Source of the DNA: Pseudomonadota bacterium
Lineage (GTDB): Bacteria; Bdellovibrionota_C; UBA2361; OMII01
Direction: 5' to 3'
NCBI GenBank assembly: GCA_038134595.1
Contig: JAYPVM010000004.1
Coordinates: 69,573-133,572 of the forward strand
DNA: 64,000 nt
In this document: one piece after another, positions 18,106-29,101 of the stretch
Numbering within the stretch: the first letter of the stretch is position 1
Layout of the letters: every line of letters begins with the position of its first letter
Made by a program: the position numbers and the translations under genes
Notes under the pieces: model-generated
Database searches by the model: none
What the model was told of the DNA's origin: nothing
What the model saw: only the letters and a program-made list of their open reading frames with translations

Positions 18106-19095
18106 TTAGCGTATTAAGCGTTCCATAGTAGTGGAATGGGCGTTGGGACTATATCGATAGCGGGGCCCAAGCTCTTGGCAACACGTCTTAAGTAGTTCTA
18201 TGAGCGCCAAGGTAGGATTAACATTTCTTTCGAATATGAGGTGTTCTGTTTCGAGCGCGGTTTGTAGGGCATTGGCCCATATTGCGGCACTGTTTCTATC
18301 AGAGGCTGAGGTCGTTAATTTATTTCGAAACAGAGTCTTTATGAGAGAGATGCGCTCCTTGAGAAGGTTTTTGTCTCCCGCCCATTTTTGAGCTAAGGAG
18401 ACTATTTTAACCTGATTGCCCTGCCATGCGAAGTCTACAGCGTCCTTGACCTCATCTGTAAATTTTCCGTCCGTATCGAGAGACTCTAGTGTCGACATGG
18501 ACCCCTCAGCAAGTGGCACGAGTTGTAGTTTCTCGAGAGAGTCTCCCTGTTGCTTAAGTATAGTGGTTAGTTCCAAGTCGCTTAGCCGATCAAAGAACCA
18601 CCGCTGGCATCTAGATAGTACAGTCTGAGGAAGCCGAGAGGGGGTTTCCGCTATTAGTATAAAATAAGAGTTTGCGCGTGGTTCTTCGAGCGTTTTGAGA
18701 AGTATGTTCGCTCCTACTACCGATAGGGTATCCGCATCGTTTAGAACAGTGATCTTGGCACCCCCCATAAATGCTCGTTTTTGGAGGCGCTCGAGTGTAG
18801 TTCGGAGTTCATTTACCCCTCCGTTATCGCTATTACATTCAAACATACATAGGTCTGGATGTGTCTGAGCTTCAACCAGTATGCAGCTCTTACATGAACC
18901 GCAGGCGTGTGAGTCTGGCGTCTCTAGCGACTGGCATAGGAGACGCTTTGCTAATTCGTGAGCGACAAGCTTTTTGCCAATTCCACGAGCGCCGCTAAAT
19001 AGCAGTGAAGAAGGGAGGCGTTGCTCCTTCATAAGCTTCATAAGAGCTTGGAGCTGTTTGATATGTCCGACGATTGAAATGCTCATATACTCCAT
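18106..19095 (-). CDS. holB: DNA polymerase III subunit delta'
   Basis: LLFSGARGIGK, CGSCKSC zinc module, HPD, ANILLKTLEEP, TVLSRC. Start trimmed to 19095 or 19086. Confidence 0.85.
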   Translation of the reverse strand: MEYMSISIVGHIKQLQALMKLMKEQRLPSSLLFSGARGIGKKLVAHELAKRLLCQSLETPDSHACGSCKSCILVEAQTHPDLCMFECNSDNGGVNELRTTLERLQKRAFMGGAKITVLNDADTLSVVGANILLKTLEEPRANSYFILIAETPSRLPQTVLSRCQRWFFDRLSDLELTTILKQQGDSLEKLQLVPLAEGSMSTLESLDTDGKFTDEVKDAVDFAWQGNQVKIVSLAQKWAGDKNLLKERISLIKTLFRNKLTTSASDRNSAAIWANALQTALETEHLIFERNVNPTLALIELLKTCCQELGPRYRYSPNAHSTTMERLIR

Positions 19096-19334
19096 GACTT
19101 TACGAACCTTTTGTGAGGTTGTGAAGAGAAAACAACAGGAAAAACCCCTCTTTTGATATGCAGGGGGTGAATGCAGGGGAGGTTGTGGCTTGTTTGTACA
19201 ATTGCCATCCGTAAGGTAGCGTGTGATGGTTAGATCTAAAGCTACTCTGTGGAAGCCTAGACCTTGTCTGAATAGAAAAAGAGGAGGTTGATTCGGTAGA
19301 GAGGCTCGTTTTGTTCCCAATCAGGATGTGAACT

Positions 19335-21704
19335 TTAATTGGCTTTGGCAGCCTCTTTTTTCTTTTTTTCTTCCTCTTTCTTTAGTCGGGTATAGTCTAG
19401 ATAACTTAAATTTGCCTGTATATTGTCGGTATTGCTGTAGACGTAGGCAAGAAAGAATTCGGTTATAGTTGCTTTGCGGTTTTGAAGCTCTTCGGCTAGA
19501 CGTAGTACTAAAGGCATTCTGGTTGAGTTCTCATTCTCAAATGCTTCCCACCATTTGCGAGCACTTCCAGTTGTATTATCCCAATCCAGATTCTTTTTGA
19601 CCTCAGAGAGCTTCTCTGTAATCTGTTGCTCTGACCAGCCTGCTGTATTCGTGATTCCTGCTGGAAGCCCATTTCCGTTGCCGTTAGATCCTCCGCCACC
19701 TGAATTAGAGGATTCAGGGAGAACAACAGGGGCTTCTTTGTACTCGATAGGCGCAGTTCGAAGTTTCAGTTCTAGTTCATCAGAATCGAATTCGGTCAAC
19801 CTTTTGAGCATTTCTGGAAGTTTATAGAACGGGATAAGGTGGCCTTGGAATACTGGTGTTTCGGGCATGAAAAACGTATTGATGTTGTCGGCTGGCCGTC
19901 CTATTTCATCTGGCGTTAATACGGCACGCTGTTGTACCTGTTCCTGTGTGCTATCGTTTCGACTGGCAAATACTTCTACCATCTTACGGTTTGCACCTGT
20001 TGATTGTGTTTGAAATCGAATGGTCATCTGTCCGCTTTCTTTTGATGCCCATTCTGCGTCAACAAGGTCTAGTGCTGGCATGAATATCTTAGTACTAAAA
20101 CCCGCAAGGACAGAGTCTGAATCGTCGTTGTAATTCGCCTTTACCTGCGCCGTTGATTGGATAGCCGCAACGATACTGACGTTTCTGGATCGTAATGTGT
20201 TTAACTTTACATGGATGTCTGGGAGACGACCAAGTGCGCTCGCAAACTCATCGATTACAAATCCTACGGGTCGCGGTAACTTGACGCCAGGCATCTGCTC
20301 AGCTCGTTTCGTTAGGAATCGAAGGAGTTCAACCACGATAACGTTTGCCATCGGCCGAAGCATTTCTAACTCAGACTCTCGTAGTTCGACGATGAAAAGC
20401 GTCGGTTTTTGAATGAGGTCTTCAACGTCTAATTCCATCTGAGCGGTAGTTGCGCGAATGGCAGTTAAATCCCAGGCTGACAGCCGCATACTGAGTTCTG
20501 ACATGATTGTATCAGCGTTTTGAGAGCCAGAGCGAGCCAGCTCTACGAATGTTCGAGTGTTTCTGATGGCCTCGGGATGTGCTTCTAGCCAATCGCACAT
20601 CGGCTTCATTCCCGACTGAACGATCTCGTGGATGCGGGGCATGGAAAGAGTTTCTTTCTCGTCGTGAAGAAGGCCTACCATTATTGAGTTTAGTATCGCG
20701 AGAGCATTGTTTCTGAAGAAGGGGCTATCTGATTTCGCTTGGGGTTGGTCAGTTGCAGAGATAACTGTTTGAGCGATTAGTTTACAGTCTGTATCATCTT
20801 CAATCTTTCCTAGGATATTCCAACTTAGAGAGCGCGCTCTATCAAGGGGATTAAAGAGCACGATGTTCTTGTCTGGGTTGTATTTTCGCGTCATTGCAGC
20901 AAGATATCGCCACATCTCAGGTTTTGAGTCGATAACGATGGTAGATCGTACTGGATCCATGCAATCGTTGTAGAGGATGGGTAAGATAAACTTCGTAGTT
21001 TTACCCGAACCGGTTTTTGCAACGATTAGGACGTGACGATTTCGCTTCTCGCGAGGAAGCACCATTTTTGCTGATTTAAATGCAAGTCCATCGGTTCCTC
21101 TAAGTTCTGAGACGTATAAGATGGTGTCGCCGTCTTCTCCGGAAGGTTTCGTCCATGTTGCAATTTGCTCTGTGTTTGCGAGGTCCCCGGAGCCTAGTTC
21201 GTTGCTTTTCGATCGTTGGGGTCGTCTGCTTGCTTCCTTTACCAGTGATGACAGGGATAAATCACCGATGATGACGCCGGTTTTTCTGTATTCAATCCAA
21301 GCGTGTCGGACTACAAAGCCAAGATATGCAACGAACACTACAAACATCGCTTCTTCAACAACAAATCGATGTTGATATGGTGTTATTAATAGAGAGGCTA
21401 GAGGCTCGATAACAGGGAGAGGACTGACTCCTAGTCCAGTTCGATTCATCGCATCGATGGTGCTATCGATAAATCGGATCACTCTATCTTGGTCGGTTAG
21501 GTGAAGGACTTCGGCAATAAAGAGGATAATTCCTGCTACTCCAGGAATAAAGCTTTGAACTAGAGTGGTGTTACCAGCTTTTACGAATTGATACATGAGA
21601 CATCCCACCGCGCCGATGCCGAGGGTGAGTAGGCCAACGATAGCTGGGAGGTGATAAAACCAGTCTATAAAATTTAGTACGAGAAGCTCTATCGCGCGAA
21701 ACAT
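19335..21704 (-). CDS. VirD4/TraG-like type IV coupling protein with extra C-terminal domain
   Basis: N-terminal TM helices, HVLIVAKTGSGKT (Walker A), IDSKPE, SWNIL, VIDEF (Walker B), LRSRNV..AIQS..Q, LTPDEI. Confidence 0.85.
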   Translation of the reverse strand: MFRAIELLVLNFIDWFYHLPAIVGLLTLGIGAVGCLMYQFVKAGNTTLVQSFIPGVAGIILFIAEVLHLTDQDRVIRFIDSTIDAMNRTGLGVSPLPVIEPLASLLITPYQHRFVVEEAMFVVFVAYLGFVVRHAWIEYRKTGVIIGDLSLSSLVKEASRRPQRSKSNELGSGDLANTEQIATWTKPSGEDGDTILYVSELRGTDGLAFKSAKMVLPREKRNRHVLIVAKTGSGKTTKFILPILYNDCMDPVRSTIVIDSKPEMWRYLAAMTRKYNPDKNIVLFNPLDRARSLSWNILGKIEDDTDCKLIAQTVISATDQPQAKSDSPFFRNNALAILNSIMVGLLHDEKETLSMPRIHEIVQSGMKPMCDWLEAHPEAIRNTRTFVELARSGSQNADTIMSELSMRLSAWDLTAIRATTAQMELDVEDLIQKPTLFIVELRESELEMLRPMANVIVVELLRFLTKRAEQMPGVKLPRPVGFVIDEFASALGRLPDIHVKLNTLRSRNVSIVAAIQSTAQVKANYNDDSDSVLAGFSTKIFMPALDLVDAEWASKESGQMTIRFQTQSTGANRKMVEVFASRNDSTQEQVQQRAVLTPDEIGRPADNINTFFMPETPVFQGHLIPFYKLPEMLKRLTEFDSDELELKLRTAPIEYKEAPVVLPESSNSGGGGSNGNGNGLPAGITNTAGWSEQQITEKLSEVKKNLDWDNTTGSARKWWEAFENENSTRMPLVLRLAEELQNRKATITEFFLAYVYSNTDNIQANLSYLDYTRLKKEEEKKKKEAAKAN

Positions 21705-21921
21705 GTTCTAGGTAATTTTCCTAATAATTAAGATCTTCCTACATTTAATAGCATAGTACCGATACTACAAGTGCTATGTAACTCACTGATAATACATTTG
21801 TTTGCGATTAACATCCCTCCATAACCCATTTTTGAAAAACACGTACTTATCGCGCACGTAAGCCTAGTTGTTTATATGAGTCGGAAGTTTTTCGCATTAG
21901 CTAGTCGTTCTGGAGCCATTT

Positions 21922-23073
21922 TTATGTCCTCTCGATGACCGTTGCGATTCCCATCCCCAACCCTATACACATAGTGACTAATGCGAACTGTTTGTCTTGT
22001 CGTTCGAGTTCATCGAGAGCGGTTCCGATAAGCATCGCACCAGTAGCACCCAGGGGATGTCCTAACGAAATGCCACCACCATTTATATTCACTCTGTCGC
22101 TATCGAGACTCAGCTCTCGCATGGTCATGATTGCCACCGGAGCGAAAGCTTCGTTTATCTCCCAAATGTCTATATCTTGAACCGCGAGTCCGGCCCTTTC
22201 AAGTGCCTGCTTTGAAGCTTCGACTGGTCCGGTGAGCATAATACGAGGAGGGGAGCCTATTGCTACTTGTGCTCGTATTCGAGCTCGGGCGACTAGATTG
22301 TGACGCTTTAGTGCCTCAGAACTCGCTAGAAGTACCGCTGCTGCACCATCTACGATGGCTGAAGCGTTGCCTGCTGTTATAATTCCGTTTTCTTCCTTGA
22401 AGACCGTCCTTAATCCAGCTAGTCCATCGATTGTTGTCTCAGGACGCGGGTTGTCATCAACGGCAAGAGTCTGTTCGTGCCCATTTTCGTCTTTATACGG
22501 GACGGGAACGAGGCTTTTTGAGAAGCGCCCCTCTTCTGTGGCGATTTTTGCTCGCATCTGTGATGAAAGAGCAAATGTATCGGCATCAGTACGAGAGATA
22601 TTAAATTCCTCTGCCAGTATCTCTGCTGCTAACCCCTGTTGAACTAAATCAGGATGATGTTTTATCAATAATGGACTATCCGCGCCACCACAATCACTAA
22701 ACATCGGAACACGTGTCATGTGCTCTACGCCGCCTCCGATTGCGAGATCGTATGTACCAGCTTTGATGCCTGAGGCTGCAAAATTTACTGCTTGCTGTCC
22801 GGAGCCGCAGAGGCGGTTGATTGTGGTAGCAGGTACTGTGTGTGGCCATCCAGCAGCAAGCACGGCAGCTCGACCGATACACCACCCCTGTTCAAGTGTT
22901 TGCGTGACGCATCCTACAAGGACATCATTTATAGAATCTGCTGTAATGCTGTTACGTTTAATGAGCGCATTGAGGGGATAAGTCAGAAGATCTGTTGGGT
23001 GAACATTTGAAAATCGCCCTTTCTTTTTTGCGCGAGGTGTTCGTACTGCATCTACTATGAAGGCTTCTGACAT
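21922..23073 (-). CDS. Acetyl-CoA C-acyltransferase (thiolase)
   Basis: DAVRTP, NRLCGSG, AGNAS, EINEAF, GHPLGATG, CIGLGMG. Confidence 0.95.
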   Translation of the reverse strand: MSEAFIVDAVRTPRAKKKGRFSNVHPTDLLTYPLNALIKRNSITADSINDVLVGCVTQTLEQGWCIGRAAVLAAGWPHTVPATTINRLCGSGQQAVNFAASGIKAGTYDLAIGGGVEHMTRVPMFSDCGGADSPLLIKHHPDLVQQGLAAEILAEEFNISRTDADTFALSSQMRAKIATEEGRFSKSLVPVPYKDENGHEQTLAVDDNPRPETTIDGLAGLRTVFKEENGIITAGNASAIVDGAAAVLLASSEALKRHNLVARARIRAQVAIGSPPRIMLTGPVEASKQALERAGLAVQDIDIWEINEAFAPVAIMTMRELSLDSDRVNINGGGISLGHPLGATGAMLIGTALDELERQDKQFALVTMCIGLGMGIATVIERT

Positions 23074-23171
23074 TGTTTCTCCCATCACTTAGTTTGGTAT
23101 CCCTGATCGTCTCGTATTATAACCTTCTTCGCAAATACATTTGACAGATTGTTTGTTGAAACACTGTCCCG

Positions 23172-23879
23172 TTATCGAATAAGAGATATCTCTGTACGCC
23201 TATTTAGTTGTCTACCCGCGGCTGTTCGGTTTGTTGCGACAGGACGGGAAGCAGAGAAGCTCTCTATGACGATCTGATCGGTTGCGACACCTCGCGAGGC
23301 GAGGTAGCTAGCAACGGTTTCAGCTCTTGCTCGAGCAAGCTGCTCGTTGTAGTGAGCTTGGCCGGTATCATCAGTATGCCCAGCAACACGAATTCTATTT
23401 AAATTTGGACTCTCTTTGAGCGCTTCTACGATCGACTCTAGATTATTTATCGCGGCGAGTCGAAGGTTCGTTTGGTCTTCGTCGAAGAAGACGGTGTAGA
23501 TGCCCCCGGTAGGATCTGCACTAAGAGATGAGTCGAGTTGTGATTGAAGTTTTTCTAGTTGGCGGAAATTTGTAAGCGATTGTATGTGGAGGTTGTCTAA
23601 CCTTCGATTTTGCTTTAAGTGGTTGGTTTCCTCGAAATCATATCCTAGTCCCATAAGAAGTCCTGCAACTGCCCCAAAGCCCGACCCGACTGCGACACCT
23701 TTTCCGGGGGTTGAAACTTGATTTCCCACAACAGCTCCTGCACCAGCTCCCCAGCCGGCGCCGAGAATCGCACCAGCGATTGATTTGTCAGGACCTGGCT
23801 GTGGTGTCGTACAAGCGATAAACGAGGTGAGAGAGATCCCTAGTACTGTTAGCTTGAATAAATTGTGGTAGGTCGTCAT
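23172..23879 (-). CDS. OmpA-family lipoprotein with glycine zipper
   Basis: Lipobox FIAC, Gly zipper, GHTD, N..L...RA, LNRRTEI. Confidence 0.85.
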   Translation of the reverse strand: MTTYHNLFKLTVLGISLTSFIACTTPQPGPDKSIAGAILGAGWGAGAGAVVGNQVSTPGKGVAVGSGFGAVAGLLMGLGYDFEETNHLKQNRRLDNLHIQSLTNFRQLEKLQSQLDSSLSADPTGGIYTVFFDEDQTNLRLAAINNLESIVEALKESPNLNRIRVAGHTDDTGQAHYNEQLARARAETVASYLASRGVATDQIVIESFSASRPVATNRTAAGRQLNRRTEISLIR

Positions 23880-24037
23880 ACCAATCTCCTTTTTGGTAGT
23901 ACTATGTGAGTAGGGAGATGAAAAATGACCTGCTCACGCGACTCAATTCATCACCGCCCTGCCAGAGCTTGTAGAGGAACTTAGTTGAGATACAAGGTTC
24001 CTCTCTTTAGGGAAGATTCGACTTAAAGAGAGCGTAA

Positions 24038-25540
24038 CTAGAGAACTTTTTGCCTAAAACGAAGCGAGCTGAATAATAACACAGCGGTTGAAATTGCGGC
24101 TAGGATAGTCCAGATCATTTCAACAGGCATATTGGTGTAGAAACTTCGGTAGTTTAGTAGTGAAATCTCCATTTGCAGAACACTTTCAGTATATGGCAGT
24201 AGCTGCGCAAGTGTCTTGCCCGTCGGATCCACCACGGCTGTAAGACCGGTGTTGGTGGAGCGTAATAGATAGCGCCTGTTTTCGATCGCCCGAAAGCTTG
24301 CAATGGCATGGTGTTGATACGGAGCCACGGAATCGCCGAACCATGCGTCATTGGTTTGGTTAATTAAGACTTGCGCACCTAGCATAGTGGCCGTCTTTCC
24401 AAGTGAGGGTAGGATGTCTTCATAGCATACTAGCGGCGACAGTTTCACTTCTTGGCCGGTAGAGGTCGTATACGACATAACTCTTGGGATAGTTCCAGGA
24501 GTGAGTTGAATAAATGGGCCATTTAAATCTCGCAACCATTGACTGTATTGGCTAAAGGGCATGTATTCTCCAAATGGGAGGAGAATAATTTTATGATACG
24601 GAGTGTCTATACTGCCGTCTGGCCGGATGAGCAGGCTCGAATTGTGGTATATGAAATCGGATTTTCGAGTAAGTGCCCCTACAAGAAAGACCGACCCGTC
24701 CCCGATAAAGGGCAAAAATCGAGATTCTGTCACATGCGATACATTGGCAGGGACTGAATCCGTGATGACCGACTCGGGCCAAACAATAAGCGTGTCGGCC
24801 TTGGATACAAGAGCACTGGACGCTAAGTAATGCTCCCGATTAATAGTAAAGAATGTCTTATTGTGTTTCTCTTCTAGCGATACGTTGCCTTGAATTAAGG
24901 CGGCTGATAGAGAGGGGCTCTTCGCAATAGTCAAACGCAGTGAGTCTTGAACCCAGATGCCATATCCTAAAGCGGTCAGAAATGTCAGTACAGAAAGTAT
25001 TCTAGCTTGAAGTGATACAACCTTGCGGTTGCACAGCGATTCTACGAGCCAGAACATTACAAAGGTAATTCCCGAAACTCCCGTTATTCCTGCAAGCTGA
25101 GCAAAGCTTAAAAATCCAAGTTGAGTGTGCCCAAAGTCCCACGGAAAGAGTTTTATCCAAAACTCATGAGCGATCAGCCATGAAAGGGGAAGGGCAAGCC
25201 CGGAGCGCTCCATCCAGTTAACAGCGCGACCTCTGATAAATGCAAAAATAACAAACTGAAAAGCGCTCACAACTGCATAGAGAGAAAAGACCGCAAAGGT
25301 TGGTAGTGCAGGGAAGCCTCCAAAATCGCTTATCGTCCCGCATAGCCAATAGAATCCTCCGGCGTATCCGAATATACCTGCGAGAAAAAAACGTCGGATT
25401 CTATGGCGCGGATCGTGTAGAGCAACGGCAAACAGGGCAGTAGATGTCCAACCGAGTGCCGCGCCGACAGATGTCGAGGGGTTCCACCACGCAACAACGA
25501 GCGCTATCGTCCCCAGAAATGTAACTAGCCACGAGGTCAT
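24038..25540 (-). CDS. lnt: Apolipoprotein N-acyltransferase
   Basis: QGN, WPES, YHK..LLPFGEY, VCYE, TNDAWFG, RAIE, NTG. Confidence 0.93.
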   Translation of the reverse strand: MTSWLVTFLGTIALVVAWWNPSTSVGAALGWTSTALFAVALHDPRHRIRRFFLAGIFGYAGGFYWLCGTISDFGGFPALPTFAVFSLYAVVSAFQFVIFAFIRGRAVNWMERSGLALPLSWLIAHEFWIKLFPWDFGHTQLGFLSFAQLAGITGVSGITFVMFWLVESLCNRKVVSLQARILSVLTFLTALGYGIWVQDSLRLTIAKSPSLSAALIQGNVSLEEKHNKTFFTINREHYLASSALVSKADTLIVWPESVITDSVPANVSHVTESRFLPFIGDGSVFLVGALTRKSDFIYHNSSLLIRPDGSIDTPYHKIILLPFGEYMPFSQYSQWLRDLNGPFIQLTPGTIPRVMSYTTSTGQEVKLSPLVCYEDILPSLGKTATMLGAQVLINQTNDAWFGDSVAPYQHHAIASFRAIENRRYLLRSTNTGLTAVVDPTGKTLAQLLPYTESVLQMEISLLNYRSFYTNMPVEMIWTILAAISTAVLLFSSLRFRQKVL

Positions 25541-26826
25541 GCGAATGGATTAGTACAGAAGGAAGATCCTGCTAATGCTGTTTCTATCCACAGGAGTCGG
25601 TTGTACTTAGCTGTTCTCTCTCCTCGACACACTGAACCAGTCTTGATCTGTCCACAGCCGGTAGCGACAGCTAGGTCTGCGATTGAGGTATCTTCTGTTT
25701 CTCCTGAACGGTGGGACATTACAGAGCGGTAGCCGTTTTTATGAGCCAAATCAATCGCTTCGAGTGTCTCAGTGACAGTTCCAATTTGGTTTAGCTTTAT
25801 AAGAATAGCATTTCCTGCAACCTGAGCGATTCCATCAGCAAGGCGCTTTGTATTGGTCACAAACAGGTCGTCTCCGACTAGTTGAATACGATCTCCGATT
25901 TTTTCGGTCATCATACGCCATCCATCCCAATCGTTTTCATCTAAGCCATCTTCGATGCTTACGAGCGGGTAGCTATCTGCCCACGAGGCGTACATGTCGA
26001 CGAGGTCTGCTGATGAGAATTCTTCTTTTGTGCTCTTTTTGAATACGTATGTGCCCTTTTCTTTGTTATAGAATTCACTCGCGGCCACGTCGAGAGCTAT
26101 AGAGACATCGTTGCCCGGCTCGTAGCCAGCATCAGTGATTGACTCCATAAGGGCGTCCAAAGTTGCCTGTGGACTTTCAAGATCTGGAGCAAAGCCACCT
26201 TCATCTCCAATGCCGGTCGACAGGCCCTTTTTCTTAAGGTTTTTCTTCAGCGCATGGAACACTTCCGAGGCGCATCGAATGTTTTCAAAGAAAGTGCTGG
26301 AGACGTGCGGAACGATCATGAACTCTTGAAAGTCGAGAGCATTAGCTGCGTGAGCGCCGCCGTTTACGATGTTAACTAAAGGAACTGGCAACTGGCGAGC
26401 ATTGGCCCCACCTATGTATCTAAAAAGAGGGATGCGTAAGTAGTTTGCTCCTGCGTGAGCTGCGGCGAGACTCACTCCCAGAATCGCGTTGGCTCCTAGC
26501 TTGCTCTTGGTCTCCGTGCCGTCTAAGTCGATGAGCTTCCTATCTAGGTGAGCGAGCTCAAGCACATTGTGGCCAGCAACAACGGGAGCTATCTTCTCTT
26601 TTATGTTTTCAACCGCCTTGAGGACGCCTTTGCCGAGATATCGTTCGGCATCGCCATCTCGGAGCTCTAGAGCTTCATATTCCCCGGTAGAAGCTCCCGA
26701 GGGCACCATGCTGGTTCCCTGCGTTCCATCTTGAAGTGTAACCGTAGCGGCAATGGTGGGAAACCCACGTGAGTCAAGGCATTCGTATGCGGTAACTGAA
26801 GCGATAGTACTGGTTTTGGTGCTCAT
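25537..26826 (-). CDS. eno: Enolase
   Basis: [41 protein letters not shown]. Confidence 0.98.
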   Translation of the reverse strand: MSTKTSTIASVTAYECLDSRGFPTIAATVTLQDGTQGTSMVPSGASTGEYEALELRDGDAERYLGKGVLKAVENIKEKIAPVVAGHNVLELAHLDRKLIDLDGTETKSKLGANAILGVSLAAAHAGANYLRIPLFRYIGGANARQLPVPLVNIVNGGAHAANALDFQEFMIVPHVSSTFFENIRCASEVFHALKKNLKKKGLSTGIGDEGGFAPDLESPQATLDALMESITDAGYEPGNDVSIALDVAASEFYNKEKGTYVFKKSTKEEFSSADLVDMYASWADSYPLVSIEDGLDENDWDGWRMMTEKIGDRIQLVGDDLFVTNTKRLADGIAQVAGNAILIKLNQIGTVTETLEAIDLAHKNGYRSVMSHRSGETEDTSIADLAVATGCGQIKTGSVCRGERTAKYNRLLWIETALAGSSFCTNPFA

Positions 26827-27067
26827 TGCCGTTCTCCCTAGTCGGTCTATATGTATAGGTATTTACTTTTGTATTGCAGAAAACTCTACTATCAAAGTGC
26901 GGTAAGATTCAATGGTTTGGGGGCATCTTGATGCTTTTTTGCGCATCATGATATTCAATATTTTGCCATTTTGATATCCGCCGAGACCTTCATAAAACTG
27001 GGGAATGCTCGGAGTTAGGATACGCTTTGTGCTTGGCATTGCCAACTTCAAACGGTATGTTACCGAC

Positions 27068-27352
27068 ATGCGTTCAACCACTTCATTGTACCTTTTGTTG
27101 TTTGCCCTGGCGGCGGCCATCGTTTCTTTTGTGGCCGATGATGGTTTTAGTAAGCTGTCTGCTCTAAATCGCAACTTAGAACAGCAGACGAGAACAAATG
27201 AAAAGCTTGAAGAGGTAGTTGAAGTCCTTCGGGAGCAGGTGAAGGGGCTGCAAGCTGACTCGCGAGTTATTGAGAAAGCGGCACGAAGTGAATTGGGCAT
27301 GGCTCGTTCTAACGAGTTGATTGTTGTTTTTGAAAAGAAAGAGCCTCAGTAG
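27068..27352 (+). CDS. ftsB: Septum formation initiator FtsB/DivIC family
   Basis: Single TM, coiled coil, IEKAARSELGM..NE. Start at ATG 27068. Confidence 0.75.
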   Translation: MRSTTSLYLLLFALAAAIVSFVADDGFSKLSALNRNLEQQTRTNEKLEEVVEVLREQVKGLQADSRVIEKAARSELGMARSNELIVVFEKKEPQ

Positions 27353-27363
27353 AGATAACAAAG

Positions 27364-27840
27364 ATGGCGCAGAGCAAGCAAAACAACACGGCGGGGCCGA
27401 CGTTATCGGCAGAGGGCGCACAAACGAAAAAAGGCCCTGTAAAGCTTACCAATGCACGTTCCCAATACTTGAAGGAGAATCCGGGTAAGTGGCGGAAGCG
27501 GAGATCTGGTCACGTCGTTTCGGATCTGACCAAAGCCAAGGGAGTTCTTAGTAAGGTGCTTGCGTTTCGAGGCTTAGATAAAAAAATTGAGCGGTACGGT
27601 TTTGTTTTGAAGTGGGAGAGGATTGTAGGAAAGCGTCTCGCTGAGGTGACTCGACCAGAGTTTATTCGAAATCACACGTTAGTAGTTTCTGTATTGCATT
27701 CCACGTGGGCGCAAGAGCTAACGATGATGAAGCCTTCGTTGATAAAGTCGTTAGCGCGACATCTCCAGCCGGGTGATATTGTGCGCGATATGGTGTTTCA
27801 GGTAAGAGATTTTAACTCTGTTACCGTTAGTGAATCGTAG
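27364..27840 (+). CDS. dciA: DciA / DUF721 family protein
   Basis: WERIVG, TRP, LVVSV..STWAQEL. Confidence 0.75.
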   Translation: MAQSKQNNTAGPTLSAEGAQTKKGPVKLTNARSQYLKENPGKWRKRRSGHVVSDLTKAKGVLSKVLAFRGLDKKIERYGFVLKWERIVGKRLAEVTRPEFIRNHTLVVSVLHSTWAQELTMMKPSLIKSLARHLQPGDIVRDMVFQVRDFNSVTVSES

Positions 27841-27992
27841 CAGTGCATGATACCGGATATATTGGGCGTTTTTTAAACAAATTGGCAGATTGTTCTAGTG
27901 GCTGAGAAATTGCTGGAGTCGCGTACGGGAGGGTAGTGCTGTAGACGAGGCCAGGCTGGGGCCTTGTGAAAGAAGCCTTGTTTGAAGTGTTG

Positions 27993-28397
27993 TCAGGAGT
28001 TTGGATTGGGGATCTCTGAGATGCGAACCTCTCGGATATTTGAATTCTTTTTGCCGTCTGATTTGGCATAACGAGCACTGCGTTTTAGAGCGACCTCTCT
28101 TAATGCTGTGGCTTCTCCAACTGCAACTGCAAGCAACTCTGGCTGTGAGTAGGGGGTTTCTGCCTGATTAATTTTTTCTTGGATACGGATTTTGAGTGCA
28201 GTTGCGTAATTTGCCAAAGGAGCTTTGAAGTACTTGTGTTGTAGAATTGCTTGGGTCAATATCTGTGCAACTTGAGACCCTGTTGTTGAGTATCTCATTA
28301 GTGCAGACACCTCGGCCTCGAGGCCGGTTGGTTTGGGAAGTTTTAGGTTCTTAGAATCTATTGCTTGCGAGGATTTGCTCGATTGGGACGGTGCCAT
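27993..28397 (-). CDS. Hypothetical protein
   Basis: 134-aa ATG ORF with GGAG RBS; no recognised motif. Confidence 0.55.
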   Translation of the reverse strand: MAPSQSSKSSQAIDSKNLKLPKPTGLEAEVSALMRYSTTGSQVAQILTQAILQHKYFKAPLANYATALKIRIQEKINQAETPYSQPELLAVAVGEATALREVALKRSARYAKSDGKKNSNIREVRISEIPNPNS

Positions 28398-28496
28398 GAT
28401 TACGATAACTCCAAATATGGTCAGCTCTAGACTATACCAAAGGTCTCTTCCTCTGTGAACCTTTAGGAGAACCTCTGTAAGTTTTATTCGAGATGA

Positions 28497-29051
28497 TTAT
28501 GGGACCGTTGGTGGCTGAAAAAATACTAACTGGGAGTTTCCATAGGTGCGTTTCTGACTCTCTACTAGGGTCTCCATTTCAAGGGTCTCATATTCTTTAG
28601 GATCTATTTGTACGATGATGATCCCATCTGATTTTAGAAGGTGTGGTCGTTCTGCAATGACTCGCATAGCTTCGATCCAGATGCCTTTGTATTGGGGCGG
28701 CGCTACAAAAATAAGGTCAAAAGCCTTTGATGTGTTCTTTAGGTAGATGAATGCATCTGTGTGTCGTACCTCTGCTTGCTTCTCTAATCTGGTAGCGCCT
28801 AAGTTTTTTTGTATTGTTGCGACCGCTTTTGCGTTTGTATCTAGAAAAACACAGTGTTCAGCGCCTTGGCTCAAAGCCTCTATGCCAATTGCGCCTGTTC
28901 CACCGAACAGATCGAGGACTCGAGCGTCGGGGAGATGGGGACGTATGATATCAAAAAGCGGTACTTTAACCCGGTCGAGTATCGGGCGAGTTGAATCTCC
29001 CGGCACTGATTGTAGGTTGGTCCCTTTGGCTTTTCCACCGATAACACGCAT
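28497..29051 (-). CDS. rsmD: 16S rRNA m2G966 methyltransferase
   Basis: MRVIGG, TRP..DRVK, LDLFGGTG, EALSQGA, IFVAPPQY, YG. Confidence 0.9.
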   Translation of the reverse strand: MRVIGGKAKGTNLQSVPGDSTRPILDRVKVPLFDIIRPHLPDARVLDLFGGTGAIGIEALSQGAEHCVFLDTNAKAVATIQKNLGATRLEKQAEVRHTDAFIYLKNTSKAFDLIFVAPPQYKGIWIEAMRVIAERPHLLKSDGIIIVQIDPKEYETLEMETLVESQKRTYGNSQLVFFQPPTVP

Positions 29052-29101
29052 TGGTATCTTTTCCGTTTGAGGGGAAAGGGCACTGCTGTAATTTCACAAA
29101 A

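Noticed and set aside
19096..19320. Long N-terminal extension of HolB in the ORF track (similar cases at 6042-6242 and 2333-2389)
   Set aside because: These start at alternative codons; family similarity and overlap logic favour the downstream ATGs.
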